Source: Octopus bimaculoides
Taxonomy: Eukaryota
DNA: 39,294 nt
Assembly (NCBI RefSeq): GCF_001194135.2
Contig: NC_068991.1
Span: 31,336,003-31,375,296, forward strand
Direction: 5' to 3'
Positions 1 through 12,474 of this stretch are shown here, piece after piece. The notes under the pieces are model-generated. The model worked only from the letters and a program-made list of their open reading frames with translations, was not told the DNA's origin and searched no databases. How positions within the stretch are numbered: the stretch's first letter is position 1; every line of letters begins with the position of its first letter. A program made the position numbers and the translations under genes.

Positions 1-155
1 TATTTATTTTTAATTAAAAAAATCAAATGAAGAGCCTAACATTTATCCGAGGTCAAATTATTCACGCATCACAAGTATGGAAGCATTTGGTGAAGTCGAT
101 TTCACGTGAAAAGCGATTACACACACATCTCTGTTTTATATATAGTATAGATTTA

Positions 156-270
156 CTCTCTCTCTCACTCTCTCTCTCTCTCTCTCTCTCTCTCATACAC
201 ATGCACACACACACACACACACACACAAAGATGTATGCATATTTATGCATGTACGTATACATTACAACAA

Positions 271-310
<40 letters not shown>

Positions 311-330
311 CACACACACACACACACTTC
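156..330. repeat. (CT)n/(CA)n compound microsatellite
   Basis: Runs of ctct and caca; these account for the spurious ORFs 27..419 and 62..325. Confidence 0.95.
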
Positions 331-666
331 CATTTCATCTGATGTGTGATACTCTGTGTGTGTGCGTGCGCGTGCGTGTGTGCTTCCACAATCGCAATTT
401 ATTTCAATTACTCTTTTGAGGATATTCACGTAAATTATTTTTTTCATTTAATCCACATTTTAATTTTCGTAAAAGTTTCCAAGTACCAATGAGGCTTTTT
501 GGCGCATCTTCAATTTTCCAATTCATGAGAAGTGCCCAGTCATCAGTCATCTGAGAGCCCATCTACAGAATGTCCTCAGATTTCTATACAGCATATTTTA
601 CTTTTTTCCTTCCAGTATATAAGCAACAATTTCATTCCCGGGCAACGCCGAGTTGCTCTTCTAGTG

Positions 667-701
<35 letters not shown>

Positions 702-723
702 TACGTATGTATGGATGTGTGTG

Positions 724-752
724 CGTGTACACACAGTCACACATACATACGT

Positions 753-790
<38 letters not shown>

Positions 791-1580
791 GTGGCTCGTG
801 TGTTCTCGTCTACGTTTGTTTGCAATGTCCTGTACCCAGATATGCACCTATACATACAGGTGGATGTCGGTATGCACATACCTGTACGTATATATGCATA
901 TACTCATTTACTTTTGTTTGTATATATATATATATATATATATGNNNNNNNNNNNNNNNNNNNNNNNNNNNNNNNNNNNNNNNNNNNNNNNNNNNNNNNN
1001 NNNNNNNNNNNNNNNNNNNNNNNNNNNNNNNNNNNNNNNNNNNNNNNNNNNNNNNNNNNNNNNNNNNNNNNNNNNNNNNNNNNNNNNNNNNNNNNNNNNN
1101 NNNNNNNNNNNNNNNNNNNNNNNNNNNNNNNNNNNNNNNNNNNNNNNNNNNNNNNNNNNNNNNNNNNNNNNNNNNNNNNNNNNNNNNNNNNNNNNNNNNN
1201 NNNNNNNNNNNNNNNNNNNNNNNNNNNNNNNNNNNNNNNNNNNNNNNNNNNNNNNNNNNNNNNNNNNNNNNNNNNNNNNNNNNNNNNNNNNNNNNNNNNN
1301 NNNNNNNNNNNNNNNNNNNNNNNNNNNNNNNNNNNNNNNNNNNNNNNNNNNNNNNNNNNNNNNNNNNNNNNNNNNNNNNNNNNNNNNNNNNNNNNNNNNN
1401 NNNNNNNNNNNNNNNNNNNNNNNNNNNNNNNNNNNNNNNNNNNNNNNNNNNNNNNNNNNNNNNNNNNNNNNNNNNNNNNNNNNNNNNNNNNNNNNNNNNN
1501 NNNNNNNNNNNNNNNNNNNNNNNNNNNNNNNNNNNNNNNNNNNNNNNNNNNCGTGTACACACAGTCACACATACATACGT

Positions 1581-1618
<38 letters not shown>

Positions 1619-1772
1619 GTGGCTCGTGTGTTCTCGTCTACGTTTGTTTGCAATGTCCTGTACCCAGATATGCACCTATACATACAGGTGGATGTCGGTA
1701 TGCACATACCTGTACGTATATATGCATATACTCATTTACTTTTGTTTGTATATATATATATATATATATATG
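724..1772. other. Assembly gap (N 945-1551) with duplicated flanks
   Basis: 724-944 is repeated essentially identically at 1552-1772 on the other side of the gap, typical of an unmerged contig overlap. Confidence 0.85.
791..920 (-). mobile_element. Dispersed repeat 'Y' (copy), possibly Helitron/Helentron-derived non-autonomous element
   Basis: Reverse complement matches 11672-11810 and 12475-12615 (gggtacaggacattgcaaacaaa.cgtagac; atgagtatatgca.atatacgtacaggtatgtgcatacc). Confidence 0.6.
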
Positions 1773-1904
1773 AAAAAGTTGTGAAATATATATTAAAATC
1801 TATTTTACACGGAGCAAATATCTGAAGAAACCAATAAGTCGCTTACAGTGGGTTTATTACAACAAGAGTTGCCAAGAAACATACACGTAATTATTATCTC
1901 TATA

Positions 1905-1949
1905 GGAGTGGCTGAGTGGTAAAACATTTGCGTCCCAACTACAGGTTTT

Positions 1950-2001
<52 letters not shown>

Positions 2002-2171
2002 TGTGTGTGTGCGCGCGCGCACATCTGTGCTTGTCCCCCCCTCCCACCGTTTGACAACTTGTTGATATCTTTACGACCCGTAACTAAGCGGTTCGGTCAA
2101 ATGGAATGACAGAATAAGAACTAGGCATATAAAAATTAAGTACTGGGGGTGATTAGTAACAAGTAAAAGAC
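1905..2171 (+). mobile_element. tRNA-derived SINE, family B (internal TG microsatellite), degenerate
   Basis: Head ggagtggctgagtggtaa (A-box-like), internal (TG)n, then cccgtaactaagcggttcgg and aacaagtaaaaga tail; same family as 15757-15912. Confidence 0.65.
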
Positions 2172-2356
2172 GAAAGATACATTTTGTACACTTCAGTGTT
2201 ATTTCATATCATCCTTTATTCTTAATTATATGTTTAGCATTCCATTCTGTATCTTTTTACATTTTTAAAACCTTTCGTTTCACTTAATTTACCTTAAGTC
2301 TACTTCCTTCGAACCCTTCCCCTTTCATTATTAAATTATATCTTTCCATAAGATTT

Positions 2357-2578
2357 AATAATGATTTCAGGTTTTGGCACAGGGCCAACAATTTCGGGGG
2401 AAGGTGTAAGTTGATCACATCGACCCCAGTGCTCAACAGGTACTTATTTTATTTATCAACCCCGAAAGGATCAAAGTAATGTCGACCTCAACACAATTTG
2501 AATTAAGAACGTAAAGACGAGTGAAATGTCGCTACGCATTTTTCCAGGCTTGCTACCGATTCTGCCAGTTCACCGCTT
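2357..2578 (-). mobile_element. tRNA-derived SINE, family A (ATT-tail subtype)
   Basis: Reverse complement shows gcggtgaactggcagaatcg head, cctttcgggg core, gcactggggtcgatgt and ccttgtgccaaa...attatt end. Confidence 0.8.
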
Positions 2579-3315
2579 TCAATTCTCACCGCATTCCAAA
2601 CTTCATCCCCACATATTATTGACCTTTCCAGTCACACCCATCTATACATCGATGATTCACAAAGAACTATTTTTAAATCTTCAATCCTAAAAGACTTATA
2701 CCCTTTCCTTCACATCGCATATTTAATCTCCATTTGAGCATTATTTCATTACATATTCATCTTTAAAGGACTCAAAATTTTCATTTAACTAGCGCTTACC
2801 ATTCTTACATAACTTTTCTTCCTCTTAGATCTCTAAAATTTACATAGATGAACTACCTTTATTGATTTTTTTTTATATAAGTCAATACAGCAACATGCTT
2901 CTTTCAGCATTTGATTATTCTTTATTTACTTTTTAGCTATAGTCTTCCTCCCAATAACCGGCCATAAATCACGCCCATAGCTTAACTAATCTTGAACCAT
3001 AATTTTCTAAGACAGTCAAGGAAATAGTAACATTAACTTTGTATGTATTAACGGTTTTGTAAAACTAGTAGATACTTTCCTTACTTACTCTCTAAATACA
3101 AACATTACCTCTTAACTGTTCTAATACGCTAAGGTGTTTGTTATGTTCGTCACAAATACCATGGAACTAACACCAACATTTATAACATCTTTCTGTATCT
3201 ATTTTCCCAGACATTAACTTGTTCTATATCTTACAATGTTTGTGTGCATGTGTGTATGTGTTTGAGGCAACAATGTAAAGGGCTCAATACAGACCTGTGT
3301 TATTGGAAATATACA

Positions 3316-3521
3316 GAGCTGGCAGAATCGTTAGCACGCCGGGCGAAATGCTTAGCGGTATTTAGTCTGCCGTTATGTTCTGAGTTCAAATTCCGCCGAG
3401 GTCGACTTTGCTTTTTATCCTTTCGGGGTACGCACTGGGATCGATGTAATCGACTTAATCCCTTTGTCTGTCCTTGTTTGTCCCCTCTATGTTTAGCCTC
3501 CTATGAGCAATAAAGAAATAA
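3316..3521 (+). mobile_element. tRNA-derived SINE, family A (aaagaaataa-tail subtype)
   Basis: gagctggcagaatcgttagcacgccgggcgaaatgc head; A-box-like tggcagaatcg, B-box-like gagttcaaattcc; gtcgactttgc core. Confidence 0.9.
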
Positions 3522-3984
3522 ATATATAGGGTCTTTAATAACTATGCTTTCAAAATGCAGATTATTTGTTAGTGTTTCGTGCGGTTTGATGCTAGACAAC
3601 TGCATGAAACTTTTAGATATGGTTTAACAATACACTTGCATATGTATACATGTGTGTGTATGTATGTGTGTGTGTGTGAGTGTGGGTAAGTATGTGTGTG
3701 CGTGCGTGTGTACATTACAATAATCACTACAAAGCTTATTACACACATACAGTAGACATCCCCTCATGTTATACTGACCTCTGTTTTATTACTGCCATCA
3801 TCGACAAGAAAAAATCTACGAACACTACAACTACCTTCTTAGCTCTCAGTTGAACAAACACTTTGTGCATGTGTGCACAGACAAGCATGCGCGGGTACAT
3901 GCATATGTATGTGTGCGCGTGTATGTGTCTATGCATGCTTCTGTGTATCGACGTGCGTTAATTTGCACAAAGAATGAGATTTTG

Positions 3985-5067
<1,083 letters not shown>

Positions 5068-5094
5068 GTCTACTATCTATTCTATCGCTACTCA

Positions 5095-5530
5095 GAGTTC
5101 CACACTTGTCATGAGTGAGAATACTCTAAGGTCGTTAATGCTCCGACAGGGTTGGTACACTTTCTCTGACGCCCAAAACTATTCTAAAGATATTGCTATA
5201 ATTAGTGTTACACGGACAATGCAATGCCATCATATACCAACGCTGGGATTCTAAATAAAGTTTTGAATCCGAAGCAAATGTCTAAAAGTTCCTTTGTTTT
5301 GTTCAGATATTGACGAATGCTCGACAGCCAATGGAATCTCTGAATACATCAATGTGTACTTCGGCAAATTACAGGTGGATAACCAAGTCGTATTTAGAGA
5401 ATTCATTAGTTTCGTGGATAGTTTAGTTGATAAGAGTGCTTCAGTTGATAAGAATAGTTTAGTGGAGAAGTGTGAATTTTCTGCATATTCTGATAGATGG
5501 CTACTGGAGAAAGAGTTCTGTGGTCTCTTT
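5095..5530 (+). pseudogene. Decayed tandem calcium-binding EGF-like repeats
   Basis: Intact CSDIDECSTANG (5300-5335); upstream ENTLRS..RQGWYTFSDAQNYSKDI and, with frameshifts, ECYTDNA.CHHI.TN..G resemble the cbEGF consensus DIDEC...C.H.C.NT.GSF.C.C..GY.L..D...C; many cysteines lost. Confidence 0.45.
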
Positions 5531-6920
5531 CGCTGAGAGTGATACGCAACATAGGAATTTGAATGTATCGTTTCCAATATGAGAATTCTTCAATGGTTTA
5601 GAATGGTGATCGATAGGGGGAAATTGTCAAAGACCGTAAATAAATTGCTGAAGATAAAAAGAAAACATTATATTGGTTTGGTCGTTCAGTTAGGAACTAG
5701 CAACAGACTGTTAGACATGAGAGTATTAGTTATATATTAGAAGTGAAATAAAGGAAGGATACCACTGTGTTAGTGGTAAACAACAACAGCCTTTCACCAA
5801 TTTTCTTCACAAGAACATGAATGTTACACACTTCGTGATAAGATTGCATTGTACGTGGTGGGGGTATGGACGTTGTTTGACATGGCTGGATGATTGAGAC
5901 GTGACGTGACAACTGATTCGTCTGACGATATTTGACGGACCAGAACAGGTGTATGGTGTCCGGTTCCACGTGGTTATATGTCATTTTTCACAATACTTTA
6001 CCAAAGTCTTTGGGAGGGAGACACGTTGACATTAAAGCTTTCCTTAACTGTGTGCTACAAATTAGAATAGAACAAGTGAAATTATGTTGGAACACAAATA
6101 ATTATATTTGAGGGATAGAATCTACTGAGGAAATTGCCGAGACGGGATTCATTGCATTACAACGGTTTGTATTCCTTTGTGTATTATTGGTTGATGTGTT
6201 TTCCTTGTTGTGAGAGCCGATGAGTGATCACACTGTTCCGATAAGTTTTCCCTTTGTTCAAATGAATGATGACGCTGTTCAGGTAAGGTATGAACAAGAG
6301 AAACATAATAGATTTATTAATCCACTAAATGATGCGGAGTTAAAGATTTCCAGTAAGAGGTTGGCATTTGACATTGGTAGTATTGTATATGTATAAAATT
6401 GTGCTATTTCAGTAAGATATAAGCAAAACAACGTTCACCTCATGCAAAAGATCATAGAGATGGTACAATATAAGTTTAATGGGTCTCTCTTGGAACAGTC
6501 AGCCAAAGCAAACTCTAACGCCATTTCTCTGCGTTTTGAACTCCCAGCTTCTATTGGTGTTGACTATATCTAGGACCATCCCTCACGAACTGAAATATAG
6601 GGAGCAGTTTCAGCATAAGTTTCAGAACCAATTTCATGATATTTGTGACTCGATTGACATGGTAATATGACTAAAATGTAAGCAAAAAAAAGAGACGAGG
6701 TTACATTTGTAGCTAGAATAAAAATCGGCAGCAACTATATAACAACTGGACGAAGAGCCGACCAAGGCTGGAAATCTCACACAGGAATTTGCCGAAAAGT
6801 TATTTTAGAACGAAGTGTCACTATGACATCCTAACTGGAACGTATAGTCTTTTAGTTTATAGAACCAGTGAGTCTTTATATGCACTGATATGACAATACA
6901 CACTCCTAAATCACAGAGAA

Positions 6921-6971
<51 letters not shown>

Positions 6972-7514
6972 TATATGTCCGTATAAACATAAACGTATAT
7001 ATAGACAGACCTGTATATTTTCGTTGACCGATATATATCCATTAAATGTATATATATTCATTATATAGTTTTATGGTACTGTTCTCTATATGACCAGTAC
7101 CTAGACAGTCTATTTTTCATTTTCATTGTTCGTATCCTATATATTGTGTCCAAGACAGTTTCTCAGAACTGTAATGATGTAATTCATAACGAACTACTAA
7201 TCAGTGAGTTGTGGCCTGTTACATTTTCATATTTACTTTCATAACAATCTACATAATTTAAAAGCACAATTGTGTGTGTTTGCGATATGCTTTCATAAAA
7301 CTTCGCTATATTTGAGTTAATCGTATTCTCCAATTGTGCGTGTATGCATATGTATATATATATATATATACTATATTAGCTATATTATACTATGTGTATA
7401 TAATTTATGTATATCATAAAATTGACCAGACTATCAGATGGTGTTATATACCGTTGGCCACAATGCGCTTCCAATTCTGCCTTGATTTTACCAATAATGT
7501 GAGGAAATATATGC

Positions 7515-7545
<31 letters not shown>

Positions 7546-8123
7546 NNNNNNNNNNNNNNNNNNNNNNNNNNNNNNNNNNNNNNNNNNNNNNNNNNNNNNN
7601 NNNNNNNNNNNNNNNNNNNNNNNNNNNNNNNNNNNNNNNNNNNNNNNNNNNNNNNNNNNNNNNNNNNNNNNNNNNNNNNNNNNNNNNNNNNNNNNNNNNN
7701 NNNNNNNNNNNNNNNNNNNNNNNNNNNNNNNNNNNNNNNNNNNNNNNNNNNNNNNNNNNNNNNNNNNNNNNNNNNNNNNNNNNNNNNNNNNNNNNNNNNN
7801 NNNNNNNNNNNNNNNNNNNNNNNNNNNNNNNNNNNNNNNNNNNNNNNNNNNNNNNNNNNNNNNNNNNNNNNNNNNNNNNNNNNNNNNNNNNNNNNNNNNN
7901 NNNNNNNNNNNNNNNNNNNNNNNNNNNNNNNNNNNNNNNNNNNNNNNNNNNNNNNNNNNNNNNNNNNNNNNNNNNNNNNNNNNNNNNNNNNNNNNNNNNN
8001 NNNNNNNNNNNNNNNNNNNNNNNNNNNNNNNNNNNNNNNNNNNNNNNNNNNNNNNNNNNNNNNNNNNNNNNNNNNNNATATATTTGAAAGAATGAGTAGA
8101 GACGGCTTTTTTCGTAGGGAGAT

Positions 8124-8995
8124 TTTTATTTTAATCTTAATAAAAATGTTTGCGGTGAGTTATCGAAGAAATGATTATTTTCCAGTATTAATTTTAATCC
8201 TTCTAAAATGATAGTTTTTGAGAATCTTTCCATATGATTCGGGTGTTTTGTTAACCAGATATTTATAGTTTCAGTTCCTAGGTCGTGTAGGATATTGGTG
8301 TGTAGACTAGTTACATCGAAACAAACAAGAATTGTCTCCTGGTGGACACTTTTAGGTATGTAGTTTAAGAAGTCCATATCGTCCCGGGGAAAGCTTAGTA
8401 TCATTTTGTATAAAGGTTTTAGAACTATATCTATTAAGTTGCTGTGTAATGGATGCTGGTCCTGCAATGATTCAGCGTAGTCTCAGGTCCATGGGTTTCG
8501 GAATTCCGACATATGTTGAATTGTTTCCTTTTATGATGTCTTGGATTTCTTTTGCTTTGTGGATCTTGGGTAAACCATAGAAGTTACTGGTTTTTACTTC
8601 AAAGTTGATTAAATAATTAACTTAATTCTCAGTTAGGTTATTACGATATTTTAAGACCAGTTTATGTATCTTGCACATGGTATTTTTATCCTCGTTTTGG
8701 TTTAGCTTCTTGTAGAAGTGATGGTCATTAAGTTGTTCCATCACCATATCTCTGTAATGGTTCTTGTCCATGATAACTATTGCTCCACTTTTGTCAGCTT
8801 CTTTGAAAATTATCGAAGAGTCTCTTTTGTAAATCTTTTAATGCTTCCAATTGATCTTTAGATATGCTGGATTTACAACTCCTCTCTGTCATACTAGATT
8901 GAGCTGAGCATCGTAGGTAGCTAATATATTCTTCTAAATTTTTGTCTCTATTCAAGGGAGGTCTGAATCCTGTTCTGCTTTGAACCAGTGATTCG
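8124..8995 (-). mobile_element. Penelope-like element reverse transcriptase fragment (disrupted)
   Basis: Minus-strand translation gives IFKEADKSGAIVIMDKNHY, NFYGLPKIHK, IIAGPAS, CFDVTSLHTNI, LKLILENNHF, the N-terminal-to-motif-A signature of PLE RTs. Confidence 0.85.
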
Positions 8996-9014
8996 TCTGT
9001 CTGTCTGTCTAGTC

Positions 9015-9319
9015 AATCATTGCAGAACCGGCATCCAGTACACAACGATTAAGCAACTTTATGGACTTCTTAAATTACATACCTAAAAGTGTCTACCAGG
9101 AAACAATTCTTGTTAGTTTGGATGTAACTAGTCTATACACCAATATCCCACATGACCTAGAAATTGAAGCTATCAATTTCTGGTTAACAAAACACCCGAT
9201 TCATATCATGGAAAAATTCTCAAAAACCTTTTAGAAGGATTAAAATTAATACTGGAAAATAATCACTTCTTTTTCGTCAACTCACTGTAAATATCATTAT
9301 TATTAAGATTAAAATAAAA
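9015..9319 (+). mobile_element. Second Penelope-like RT fragment, inverted copy of 8124-8472
   Basis: Reads IIAEPAS...DFLNYIPKSVYQETILVSLDVTSLYTNIPHDL; reverse complement of the left arm with a ~55-bp deletion. Confidence 0.85.
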
Positions 9320-9336
9320 GTTATCCCCTCAATATA

Positions 9337-9390
<54 letters not shown>

Positions 9391-10070
9391 AACAAGTACA
9401 CACACACATATATATATATGCATATATACATATTTATATATACACCTTCAGAGATACACACATACAAGTGTGTATGTGTGTTTGTGTGTCTATGTCTATC
9501 TGTGTGTGTATAGAAGTGAAAAGTTTCGTTGAAGAGATTTTTCCCCACGTGTTGAGATGTTAAAAATATAGCAAAAGAAGAAACATGCACACACTTTATA
9601 TATCTTTTTATAAGATTAGACCATATATATAGTCTACCGGTTTCCTCTTTTGCTAATCNNNNNNNNNNNNNNNNNNNNNNNNNNNNNNNNNNNNNNNNNN
9701 NNNNNNNNNNNNNNNNNNNNNNNNNNNNNNNNNNNNNNNNNNNNNNNNNNNNNNNNNNNNNNNNNNNNNNNNNNNNNNNNNNNNNNNNNNNNNNNNNNNN
9801 NNNNNNNNNNNNNNNNNNNNNNNNNNNNNNNNNNNNNNNNNNNNNNNNNNNNNNNNNNNNNNNNNNNNNNNNNNNNNNNNNNNNNNNNNNNNNNNNNNNN
9901 NNNNNNNNNNNNNNNNNNNNNNNNNNNNNNNNNNNNNNNNNNNNNNNNNNNNNNNNNNNNNNNNNNNNNNNNNNNNNNNNNNNNNNNNNNNNNNNNNNNN
10001 NNNNNNNNNNNNNNNNNNNNNNNNNNNNNNNNNNNNNNNNNNNNNNNNNNNNNNNNNNNNNNNNNNNNNN

Positions 10071-10545
10071 ATTCCACCAGTACTCCTTATTATGAATGGC
10101 TATGGCTTTTACCATATTGTGGGTTCTTATATCTTTGTCCTCCGACGGATTTCATTATAGAGTGTCCTAGCTACAGTATCATGTCTCATCGGTAGATTAT
10201 ACCGTGATGATATTTTCAGACAACTGCTTATGATGTGGGTGGTATCTTCAGTGTGAACTCCACAAAGTCTGCATTTCACATTTCACTGATTTGCCTGCAT
10301 CTCTATCCCTTTTGTGCATCAGGTACTTGGTTGATATTTCTTGTTCCTGGATTACAAACGCATACCCCTCAAAGTGGGAGGTAGTAATCCGGCTACTGGT
10401 CCATGATGAACTGCTTTGAGGATCGATATTACTATCATCTCGGAGCTTTCTTCTAATATATACATGCATAGTCTTCTGTTCGTATAGGTTCATCCTTTCA
10501 TCTGATGATACGTTTGAGTATGTATTCTAGGTTATCAGTTAGCGA
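10071..10545 (-). mobile_element. RLE-type (R4-like) non-LTR retrotransposon fragment, CCHC region
   Basis: SHFEGYAFVIQEQEISTKYL, then KCRLCGVHTEDTTHIISSC and RHDTVARTLYN in shifted frames; runs into gap 9659-10070. Confidence 0.7.
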
Positions 10546-11665
10546 AAATAGTTTGGTCTACGTTATTCCATGTTATTTCCAAGAGAGTGCTTTTGAGGGC
10601 TGCCGCGGACGTAACTTTGCCAGATATAGCTCGAATATGTTTGTCAAGGTACTCCCAGACATGCTCCATGGGGTTCAAGTCAGGGCTTCGAGGTATCCAC
10701 CTGAGGGACTTGATGTCATGCGTTTCTTTCCAGGCATTTGAAACTTTACTCGTAATGACATGGTACACCACCTTCTTGAAAAAGAGAAGTGTTCTTATCC
10801 AATTTACTAGTGTCTTGAATCGGAAGCAGTCCTTTTTTCTAATATATCAAAGTATTTTGGACCATCCAACCGGTTTTCCACGAAAATTAGCTCAGATTTC
10901 CCTCCTTCCCACGAAAATTAGCCCAGATTTCCCTCCTTCCCAGACAGCCCCTCACCCCACCTCTTCAGATCATGACTTCAATCCCGCCATGTTTCATGGT
11001 AGCTTGTAAACATTCAGTCTTCCAAATTTCAATTTTGTTCCTCCATAGATTTGCCTTGATTTCGAATACTGGCAAAATTTAATATCATCTGACCACACCA
11101 CAGACTGGCAAAATTCATCATCTTTGTCCTCATGCTCCCTGGCCCAGTCATACTTTTTCCCTTTGTTTATGTCTGAAATCAACGTTTTCTTTTTTGAAAT
11201 TCTTCTTTCATATCCTAGTTCTTTTAGGATTTTTCTTACAGAGTATCGCGATATTTCCATGTCGTTTGCAACCTCCCTGACAATAAGACGACGGTTTCTG
11301 ATGATCTCCCTCTTCAGTGCCTTTTTTTCTCTACCCGAAACAATATTCGACCTTCCAGAACGAGGTTTCATACGACAATGTCCTTCTTGAAAACTTTTGA
11401 CAATATTATTAACAGTCTGATAATTTATCTTTAAAAACTTTGCTATTTCTCTGTTCGGCTTTCTGCACTGATTTGCTACGATTTGCTCTCATTTGAACCC
11501 GTTAATCTCTGCACTTCTTCTTTTCACGTTCATAGTGAAATATCATTTGAAAAATCTATTAATCTACTCAAAATGAGGGAAAATTCAATATAAAATGCAA
11601 GAAACTTGTTACAAATTATGAAATCTCAAAATTCAGAGTAGCTAAAGACTTGTCGTAGGCTACTA
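10545..11665 (-). mobile_element. Tc1/mariner transposon, pseudogenised and 3'-truncated
   Basis: HTH region EIAKFLKINYQTVNNIVK..KPRSGR; VVWSDDIKF (first D); FQEGGVPCH (second D mutated); WIPRSPDLNPMEHVW; TA-flanked agtagcctacgacaagtctttagctac TIR-like start at ~11664. Confidence 0.85.
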
Positions 11666-11671
11666 TATATA

Positions 11672-11810
11672 TAAAAACAAATAATAAATGAGTATATGCA
11701 TATATACGTACAGGTATGTGCATACCTACGTCTACCTGTATATATAGGTGCATATTTGGGTACAGGACATTGCAAACAAAACGTAGACAAGAAAACAATA
11801 ATAACCAGAA
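11672..11810 (+). mobile_element. Dispersed repeat 'Y' (copy)
   Basis: Nearly identical to 12475-12615; abuts gap 11811-12230. Confidence 0.6.
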
Positions 11811-12267
11811 NNNNNNNNNNNNNNNNNNNNNNNNNNNNNNNNNNNNNNNNNNNNNNNNNNNNNNNNNNNNNNNNNNNNNNNNNNNNNNNNNNNNNNNNNN
11901 NNNNNNNNNNNNNNNNNNNNNNNNNNNNNNNNNNNNNNNNNNNNNNNNNNNNNNNNNNNNNNNNNNNNNNNNNNNNNNNNNNNNNNNNNNNNNNNNNNNN
12001 NNNNNNNNNNNNNNNNNNNNNNNNNNNNNNNNNNNNNNNNNNNNNNNNNNNNNNNNNNNNNNNNNNNNNNNNNNNNNNNNNNNNNNNNNNNNNNNNNNNN
12101 NNNNNNNNNNNNNNNNNNNNNNNNNNNNNNNNNNNNNNNNNNNNNNNNNNNNNNNNNNNNNNNNNNNNNNNNNNNNNNNNNNNNNNNNNNNNNNNNNNNN
12201 NNNNNNNNNNNNNNNNNNNNNNNNNNNNNNGTAGAAGAATAGGTGAGCAACGAGAGAAAGAGAGGAA

Positions 12268-12396
12268 GAGAGGAATATAGTAGTACAGAAGGAAGTACGA
12301 GGGGGGAAAGAGAGAGATATAGTAATAACAGAAGGAAGAACGAGAGGGGTAAAGAGAGATACGTAGTAGTAACAGAGGAAGAACGAGAGGGGGAAA
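12268..12396 (+). repeat. Purine-rich minisatellite, ~42-bp unit x3
   Basis: gagagatatagtaataacagaaggaagaacgagaggggtaaa and two variants in tandem. Confidence 0.75.
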
Positions 12397-12474
12397 AGGT
12401 GATAGAGAAAGAGATAGGAAATATAAAGTTGAAATAACTACTTACAACATTGGTGACGCTGGCGTTCGGTCATG

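Noticed and set aside
724-1772. Apparent 220-bp direct repeat or LTR pair
   Set aside because: Essentially identical copies abut both edges of a gap; best explained as an unmerged contig overlap.
27-1825. Long ORFs rich in HT/YI/CV/SL and X
   Set aside because: Translations of dinucleotide microsatellites and N-gaps; no protein signal.
3316-3400. tRNA gene (A/B boxes)
   Set aside because: The boxes belong to SINE heads repeated throughout the window; no complete cloverleaf.
6215-6288. Possible 68-nt exon ending in CAG|GTAAGG
   Set aside because: Good donor but weak acceptor and no recognisable peptide; cannot be supported without transcripts.
11290-11320. Minus-strand CUGAAGA...GAAA hammerhead-like spacing
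   Set aside because: Lies within Tc1 coding sequence and stem II cannot pair.
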